Positions 58,057 through 63,733 of a stretch of DNA of 63,733 nucleotides are shown in pieces. A program made the translations under genes and the position numbers. Location of the stretch: assembly GCA_964530965.1 (NCBI GenBank), contig CAZHCO010000052.1, positions 1 to 63,733 of the forward strand, given 5' to 3'. This DNA comes from an uncultured Aestuariivirga sp. GTDB taxonomy: Bacteria; Pseudomonadota; Alphaproteobacteria; Rhizobiales; Aestuariivirgaceae. Position 1 is the stretch's first letter. Every line of letters starts with the position of its first letter. The notes beneath the pieces were generated by a model. The model made no database searches, was not told where the DNA came from, and was given only the letters and a program-made list of their open reading frames with translations.

Positions 58057-59448
58057 TTAGCCCACTCCCATTCGATTCCACGCATCAAGACCCGCAATCT
58101 TGTAGGCCTCGGCCAAGGTCGGATAGTTGAAGGTGTTATTCACAAAGAAATCCACCGTGCCTTTGAGATTGATCACTGCCTGGCCGATGTGGATGAGTTC
58201 GGTTGCCCCTTCGCCGACGATATGAGCGCCGAGCAAACGCCGAGTATCCAACGCGAAGATCAGTTTCAGAAAACCGGAATTGACCCCCATGATGTGGCCC
58301 CGCGAGGTTTCGCGAAACCGTGCCACGCCGCACTCATAGGCAATGCCACTTTCGCGCACCTGTTCTTCCGATCGGCCAACGGTGGAAATTTCTGGAACCG
58401 CGTAAATGCCATAAGGAAAGGCTTCGGGCGGCGGCGGCAAGGCCATGCCAAAGGCATGACAGGCGGCAACGCGGCCTTGTTCCATGGAAGTGGATGCAAG
58501 GCTCGGAAAGCCGATGATGTCACCTGCCGCGTAGATATGGGGCACGCTGGTCTGGAATGTGATGGGGTCAACTTTGATGCGGCCACGGCTGTCAACGTCG
58601 ATGCCGACGGTTTCGAGGCCCAGGCTTTCAACATTGCCGCTGCGCCCTGCGGCATAGAGCAGGATTTCTGAACGCACCACGCGGCCATCGGCGAGACTCA
58701 CCTCCACGCCGTTTGCCTTCATGGCAATATCTTTCACGGCACAACCCAGGCGCACTGTCATGCCGCGGTCGCGCATCTGGTGGATGAAATCATCAACCAG
58801 TTCGCGGTCAACAAAATCAAGAATGGCTTCACGCGGTTCAATCAGCGTAACTGGAACATCAAGGGCCGAAAAAATCGTGGCATATTCAACGCCAACCACG
58901 CCACCGCCAATAACCGTGAGCTTACGCGGCAGGGACTTGATTTCAAGAATGTCATCGCTGTCGAAAATGCGGGTCTGGTCGAATGGAATGGTATCGGGCC
59001 GATGGGGGCGTGTGCCCACGGAAATCAGCGCGTTGGCAAATTCAACCTCGCTCACTTCGCCCGTGTCGGTGGTGAGCGAGGCACGGTTCGGCCCAAGAAT
59101 TTTGGCGGTGGCATGGATGTTCTTGACCGAATTGCGCATGAACTGATGTTGCAAAACTTCCACTTCATGATCGAGTGTCTTGTGCAGGCGGGAAATCAGG
59201 TCATGCGCGGAAATCTCTTGCTTCACGCGGTATCCCCGCCCGTAAAAACCGCGCTCACGCCAGCCCGAAAGATTGAGTACGGTTTCGCGCAGGGTTTTGG
59301 AAGGGATGGTTCCCGTATGTACCGATACGCCACCAAGCCTGCGGCCCTTGTCAACAACAAGAACAGACTTGCCCAGTTTTGCTGATTGTACCGCAGCGCG
59401 CCTCCCCGAAGGACCGCTGCCGATAACGAGCATTTCGTAGTGGTTCAT
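58057..59448 (-). CDS. sthA: Soluble pyridine nucleotide transhydrogenase
   Basis: GSGPSG, GG..VH.GTIPSKTLRE (no redox disulfide), GFPSLASTSMEQGR, FNYPTLAEAYKIAGLDA.NR. Confidence 0.93.
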   Translation of the reverse strand: MNHYEMLVIGSGPSGRRAAVQSAKLGKSVLVVDKGRRLGGVSVHTGTIPSKTLRETVLNLSGWRERGFYGRGYRVKQEISAHDLISRLHKTLDHEVEVLQHQFMRNSVKNIHATAKILGPNRASLTTDTGEVSEVEFANALISVGTRPHRPDTIPFDQTRIFDSDDILEIKSLPRKLTVIGGGVVGVEYATIFSALDVPVTLIEPREAILDFVDRELVDDFIHQMRDRGMTVRLGCAVKDIAMKANGVEVSLADGRVVRSEILLYAAGRSGNVESLGLETVGIDVDSRGRIKVDPITFQTSVPHIYAAGDIIGFPSLASTSMEQGRVAACHAFGMALPPPPEAFPYGIYAVPEISTVGRSEEQVRESGIAYECGVARFRETSRGHIMGVNSGFLKLIFALDTRRLLGAHIVGEGATELIHIGQAVINLKGTVDFFVNNTFNYPTLAEAYKIAGLDAWNRMGVG

Positions 59449-59451
59449 GCT

Positions 59452-60045
59452 TTAATCCAAAATCTCATAAGTCGCCTCAACCGTCTTCCCGTCGTTAATC
59501 GCCAGAATGTCCTGCGGGCAGCAGGACATGGCGACGATGCAATCAAGCTCGGCCCGGAAAATCACATAGTCATTGGGCTTGGCCATCGACACGCCCCATT
59601 CCAGCACCCCGTCCTGCCGCCATGGAATGTTCATGAAGGTGTTGAGCGAGGCAGGCGTGTAGGGAACGTAGATGCCAAGCTCGGTCAGACCCGCATGCAT
59701 GTTGTCTTTGCAGTTGTCATGATAGCTCGTGCAGCCCAGGAGACCGTAGCGTTCATTGTCGCAAGGAGCGATCAGCGTGTCATGGCGGCCGGGAGAAGTG
59801 TCCGCTTCCAGTGCAAGAATGGGTCGCCTGCGGTTGGTAATCAGTTTGTCGCCCACGACGGGGTAGAGTCGTTCCCAATAGGCGCGGCACTGCTCCATGC
59901 CCATATATTCCAGCGTCGATCCCGCCACAAAGGCCCAGGTATCGACAATCTGTTTCCCGTGCGGGTTCATGATTTTGATGGCCTGGCCCCGGCTCAGCCG
60001 CGCTGCCTTGCCCCGGCGCGCCGGGATCGTGTACGTGGTGCCCAT
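59452..60045 (-). CDS. DUF1989/urea carboxylase-associated family protein
   Basis: IPAR.G.A, G.Q.VD.WAF, HDTL...C, H.NC.DN, LN.FMNIP, S.CPQD. Confidence 0.85.
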   Translation of the reverse strand: MGTTYTIPARRGKAARLSRGQAIKIMNPHGKQIVDTWAFVAGSTLEYMGMEQCRAYWERLYPVVGDKLITNRRRPILALEADTSPGRHDTLIAPCDNERYGLLGCTSYHDNCKDNMHAGLTELGIYVPYTPASLNTFMNIPWRQDGVLEWGVSMAKPNDYVIFRAELDCIVAMSCCPQDILAINDGKTVEATYEILD

Positions 60046-60258
60046 TATCTATCGTCTCCTCGAAACCTTGACAGTAGCACGGGCAGAACCATGAACCGCA
60101 AGCAGGATCAGTTCGAAATCAACAAGCGCAATGTCATGGGTTTCTATGGCAAGATTGCCCATGCAAACGGCATGTTTTGACGAATTTACCGGTTTCATTG
60201 CACGAGTGCCGACACGCTGCTAGAAGCGCCCTCAAACAAATTTCGGATTCAAGGCCCC

Positions 60259-63200
60259 ATGGACGATAAGACCAAACCAACCGACCGTTACCGCGATACC
60301 GTTTTCCTGCCGAAAACCGATTTCGCCATGAAAGCGGGCCTGCCCGAGCGCGAGCCAACCCTATTGAAGCGCTGGGAGGGTATGGGGCTTTACGGAAAGC
60401 TGCGGGAGCAGACCAGGGGCAAGCCAAAATATGTGCTCCACGATGGCCCGCCCTACGCCAACGGCAACCTCCACATCGGCCACGCGCTGAACAAGATCCT
60501 GAAAGATATCGTCACCCGCTCGCGCCAAATGGCGGGCTTCGATTCCAACTATGTGCCGGGCTGGGATTGCCATGGCTTGCCCATCGAATGGAAAATCGAA
60601 GAGGAATACCGCTCCGCAGGCAAGAACAAGGACGCCATCCCGATAAACGAATTCCGCGCCGAATGCCGGAACTTTGCCACGAAATGGGTTGGCATCCAGA
60701 GGGATGAATTCCAGCGCCTGGGCGTGACGGGTGATTGGTACAATCCCTATCTCACTATGGCCTTCGAAGCCGAAGCCATCATCGCCAAGGAACTTCTGAA
60801 ATTCGCCGAGAGCGGCCAGCTCTATCGCGGGTCGAAACCTGTGATGTGGTCCGTGGTTGAAAAGACCGCGCTTGCGGAGGCAGAAATCGAGTATGCGGAT
60901 ATCGAAGTCGATACGATCTTCGTGAAGTTTCCGGTGCGTAATGTCGATACAGGGCCAACTACCATGTTCGCAGCGCTGAACACCCCAATGGCGGGTGAAA
61001 CTGACGAAGATGTTGAGCTAATACAAACCGCAGTCAAGAAATCTATTGCCGACCTTAAACAAGCTTGCGTGTTAATTTGGACAACAACTCCATGGACAAT
61101 ACCTGGCAATCGGGCGATTAGTTTTTCATCGCGGATTGAGTATGGTCTCTACGAAGTGACCGCTGCACCCGAAGGAAATTGGGCTGTGGTTGGGGAGAAG
61201 TTCGTTATTGCGGAAAAACTCGCTGATGAGGTTTTGAAAGCGGGTAGGGTAGAAACCTATTTGCGCATTGGGGATGTTAATCCTGCTGGCATGATTTGCG
61301 ATCATCCGCTTGGCCCTTCGAGGCTCGCTACGCGAGCACCTCAGGGTGAGGGGGCTAGCAGTAGCCCTCATGCTGAGGTGCATGGCGATAGCCATGCCTC
61401 GAAGCACGAGGGCGGGTTCGATTTCCCCGTCCCGCTCCTCGATGGCGATCACGTAACAGATGATGCAGGTACCGGTTTTGTACACACCGCCCCCGGTCAT
61501 GGCGCTGATGACTACAATATCTGGATGGAGAAAGTTGGCGGACCTATTCCCTCCACAGTCAACGCCGATGGCTTCTACACCAAGGACGCCTATGGTTTCG
61601 AAGGTGGCCGCGTCATCGATCAGTACGGCAAGTGGGGCAATGCCAACAAGCTGGTGATGGATGCGCTGAAAGAAGCAGGCATGTTGCTGTCGGCCAAGCG
61701 CAAGACCATCAGCTATCCGCATTCCTGGCGCTCCAAGAAGCCGATCATTTTTCGCAACACGCCGCAGTGGTTTATCTCCATGACGAGCCATGGTCTGCGC
61801 GAGAAGGCACTGGCCGCTATCGAACAGACAAAGTTCTTCCCCGCCGCCGGCCAGAACCGGCTGCGCGGCATGATAGCCGATAGACCCGATTGGGTGATCT
61901 CGCGGCAACGCGCCTGGGGCGTTCCCATCGCCGTTTTTGTGAACAAGGAAACTGGTAAATTACTCAATGATTCCAAGGTGAATCAGCGCATTGCGGAATC
62001 ATTTTCTAAAGAAGGGGCCGATGCCTGGTTCGCCGATGGCGCGGCAGGCCGCTTCCTCGGACAGGACTACAATTCCCAGGAATGGGAACAGGTACGCGAC
62101 ATTCTCGACGTATGGTTTGATTCCGGCAGCACCCATGCCTTCTGCCTGGAACAGCGCCGAGACCTGAAATGGCCGGCCGACATCTATCTCGAAGGCTCGG
62201 ACCAGCATCGCGGCTGGTTCCATTCCTCCCTGCTGGAGTCCTGCGGCACACGTGGCCGCGCGCCGTATGATGCGGTTCTGACTCATGGTTTCGTCGTGGG
62301 CGAAGACGGCCGCAAGATGTCAAAGTCCTTGGGCAACATCGTCACCCCGCAGGACGTGATCAAGCAATCAGGCGCCGACATCCTGCGTCTCTGGGTGGCC
62401 TCCGCCGATTATGCGGAAGACCTGCGGTTGGGCAAAGAAATTCTCAAAACCAATGTCGAGGCCTACCGCAAACTGCGCAATACCATGCGTTATATCCTCG
62501 GCGCACTCGATGGCCTGCAGGATTGGGAACAGGTCCATCACAAGGACATGACCGAGCTTGAACGCTACATCCTGCATCGTCTCCACGAAATCGATACGCA
62601 GGTGCAGGCCGCTTATGAAGTGTTCGACTACAAGCGCATCTTCGCGCTGCTCACCAACTTCATGACGCAGGATTTGAGTGCCTTCTATTTCGACATCCGC
62701 AAAGACGCGCTCTATTGCGATGCGTGGTCAAGCCTGAAGCGCCGCTCCTGCCGCAGCGTGATGGACCAGCTGTTCCATTGTTTGACAACTTGGTGGGCGC
62801 CGATCCTCACCTTCACCATGGAAGAGGTTTGGCTGTCGCGCTTTGGCGGTGAAAGCAGCTCCGTGCATCTCATGCAATTCGCCAAAACACCCGATGAATG
62901 GCACCAGCCGGAAATCGCCAAGAAATGGGACATGATCCGCAACGTGCGCCGCGCCGTTACTGGCGCTCTTGAACTGGAGCGCGCTGAAAAGCGCATCGGC
63001 TCATCGCTGGAAGCAGCACCCAAAGTTTTTGTGAACATGGACGCCACCGACGTCGCAGCGCTTCGTGCCAGTGACTTCGCGGAAGTCTGCATCACTTCGG
63101 CCATCACCATTGAAGAAGGCGAGGGGCCGGCAACCGCTTTCCGTCTCGATGATTTAACAAATGTGGCCGTGGTGCCGGCCGTCGCCGAGGGTCTGAAATG

Positions 63201-63321
63201 CGCCCGCTCTTGGAAAATCTCCAAAGACATCGGCAAGGACGCGGAGTTCCCCGACATCACCCCGAGGGATGCTGAAGCCGTGCGCGAATGGCAGAAGCGT
63301 TTTGGGAAAACCCTGGCATGA
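60259..63321 (+). CDS. ileS: Isoleucine--tRNA ligase (type 1) with insertions in the editing domain
   Basis: [70 protein letters not shown]. Confidence 0.97.
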   Translation: MDDKTKPTDRYRDTVFLPKTDFAMKAGLPEREPTLLKRWEGMGLYGKLREQTRGKPKYVLHDGPPYANGNLHIGHALNKILKDIVTRSRQMAGFDSNYVPGWDCHGLPIEWKIEEEYRSAGKNKDAIPINEFRAECRNFATKWVGIQRDEFQRLGVTGDWYNPYLTMAFEAEAIIAKELLKFAESGQLYRGSKPVMWSVVEKTALAEAEIEYADIEVDTIFVKFPVRNVDTGPTTMFAALNTPMAGETDEDVELIQTAVKKSIADLKQACVLIWTTTPWTIPGNRAISFSSRIEYGLYEVTAAPEGNWAVVGEKFVIAEKLADEVLKAGRVETYLRIGDVNPAGMICDHPLGPSRLATRAPQGEGASSSPHAEVHGDSHASKHEGGFDFPVPLLDGDHVTDDAGTGFVHTAPGHGADDYNIWMEKVGGPIPSTVNADGFYTKDAYGFEGGRVIDQYGKWGNANKLVMDALKEAGMLLSAKRKTISYPHSWRSKKPIIFRNTPQWFISMTSHGLREKALAAIEQTKFFPAAGQNRLRGMIADRPDWVISRQRAWGVPIAVFVNKETGKLLNDSKVNQRIAESFSKEGADAWFADGAAGRFLGQDYNSQEWEQVRDILDVWFDSGSTHAFCLEQRRDLKWPADIYLEGSDQHRGWFHSSLLESCGTRGRAPYDAVLTHGFVVGEDGRKMSKSLGNIVTPQDVIKQSGADILRLWVASADYAEDLRLGKEILKTNVEAYRKLRNTMRYILGALDGLQDWEQVHHKDMTELERYILHRLHEIDTQVQAAYEVFDYKRIFALLTNFMTQDLSAFYFDIRKDALYCDAWSSLKRRSCRSVMDQLFHCLTTWWAPILTFTMEEVWLSRFGGESSSVHLMQFAKTPDEWHQPEIAKKWDMIRNVRRAVTGALELERAEKRIGSSLEAAPKVFVNMDATDVAALRASDFAEVCITSAITIEEGEGPATAFRLDDLTNVAVVPAVAEGLKCARSWKISKDIGKDAEFPDITPRDAEAVREWQKRFGKTLA
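61313..61406. repeat. Palindromic element inserted in-frame within ileS
   Basis: GCCCTTCGAGGCTCGCT..GCACCTCAGGGTGAGG ... CCTCATGCTGAGGTGC...GCCTCGAAGCA; arms match the intergenic copy at 44950-45040. Confidence 0.88.
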
Positions 63322-63733
63322 AACTCCCATTCTGGGGGCCCCTAGCACCGCTGGGCCTGGTTCTCGCCGCGTTCGTTTTCGCGGCCGACCAAACCCATAA
63401 ATGGTGGATGCTCAATGTTTACGACATTGGCGCGCGCCAGCCCGTGACCCTGGCCTCGTTCTTTGATCTCGTCCTGGCATGGAACAAGGGGGTGTCCTAC
63501 GGCCTGTTCGCCACCCCGTCGCAGGGCCTGCTTATCGGCGTTAGCCTGCTGCTTTGTGCTGTGCTCTGGATATGGCTGTGCCGCTCTCCCAAGCCGCTTG
63601 CGGCGGCGGCCCTGGGCCTTGTCATTGGGGGGGCGCTGGCAAATGCCCTGGACCGCTATATCCGCGGGGCCGTTGCCGATTTCTTCCTGCTCCACTGGCA
63701 AAACTGGAACTGGTACGTCTTTAACCTTGCTGA
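63318..63733 (+). CDS. lspA: Lipoprotein signal peptidase II (3' truncated; absent from the ORF track)
   Basis: Manual translation from ATG 63318: [42 protein letters not shown]; ATGA-coupled to ileS. Confidence 0.93.
   Translation, partial: MKLPFWGPLAPLGLVLAAFVFAADQTHKWWMLNVYDIGARQPVTLASFFDLVLAWNKGVSYGLFATPSQGLLIGVSLLLCAVLWIWLCRSPKPLAAAALGLVIGGALANALDRYIRGAVADFFLLHWQNWNWYVFNLA

Noticed and set aside
59386-60180. 264-aa plus-strand ORF, and its 29-aa tail MNRKQ... upstream of ileS
   Set aside because: Mostly antisense to the DUF1989 gene; the tail has no clear RBS or leader-peptide features.
60046-60258. Guanidine riboswitch upstream of the DUF1989 gene
   Set aside because: Expected from family context, but the conserved ykkC 3' motif and mini-ykkC ACGR hairpins were not found.
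63195-63275. Degenerate C-terminal zinc site in IleRS (CARSW...ITPRD)
   Set aside because: As far as I recall this is common in Rhizobiales IleRS, so it is neither novel nor a sign of pseudogenisation.
63342-63701. 119-aa minus-strand ORF at the right edge
   Set aside because: Antisense to lspA, which has clear family motifs on the plus strand.
1-63733. CRISPR arrays, tRNA/rRNA genes, IS elements, prophage genes
   Set aside because: No regularly spaced repeats, RNA gene signatures, transposase, integrase or phage proteins recognised by eye; small ncRNAs cannot be excluded without a covariance-model search.

Overview
Chromosomal window of an alphaproteobacterium (Hyphomicrobiales/Rhizobiales-like gene content and high-GC codon bias; taxonomy is inferred). 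It holds about 60 CDS and no recognisable rRNA, tRNA, CRISPR array, transposase or integrase. From left to right: (1) a methylated-amine region (MttB-family methyltransferase, DddL-like cupin, soxBDAG-type oxidase, GcvA-type LysR, BesD-like Fe/2OG oxygenase, dimethylglycine dehydrogenase-like GcvT protein); (2) a GtrB/methyltransferase/GtrA/GT-C glycosylation cassette; (3) housekeeping genes (HU, GST, gltX, nadE) and a probable oxalyl-CoA synthetase/PanE2 pair; (4) a cytochrome b/molybdo-oxidoreductase/Met-rich peptide module; (5) the main feature, a ~15 kb bacterial microcompartment locus (36661-52005) of the aminoacetone/RMM type. Its shell/kinase/aldehyde dehydrogenase/PLP-enzyme operon converges on a second operon encoding a fused large+medium B12 diol-dehydratase-like enzyme with a remodelled active site, a cysteine hydrolase, a polyamine-type ABC importer and an aminopropanol dehydrogenase-like SDR; (6) GH3, gph, gabD, rpiA, gor, sthA, a DUF1989 gene, ileS and partial lspA. 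ileS carries an in-frame copy of a palindromic repeat that also occurs intergenically in this window. All assignments come from motif recognition by eye; no database search was run. Start codons were often moved from the ORF track to more plausible positions.
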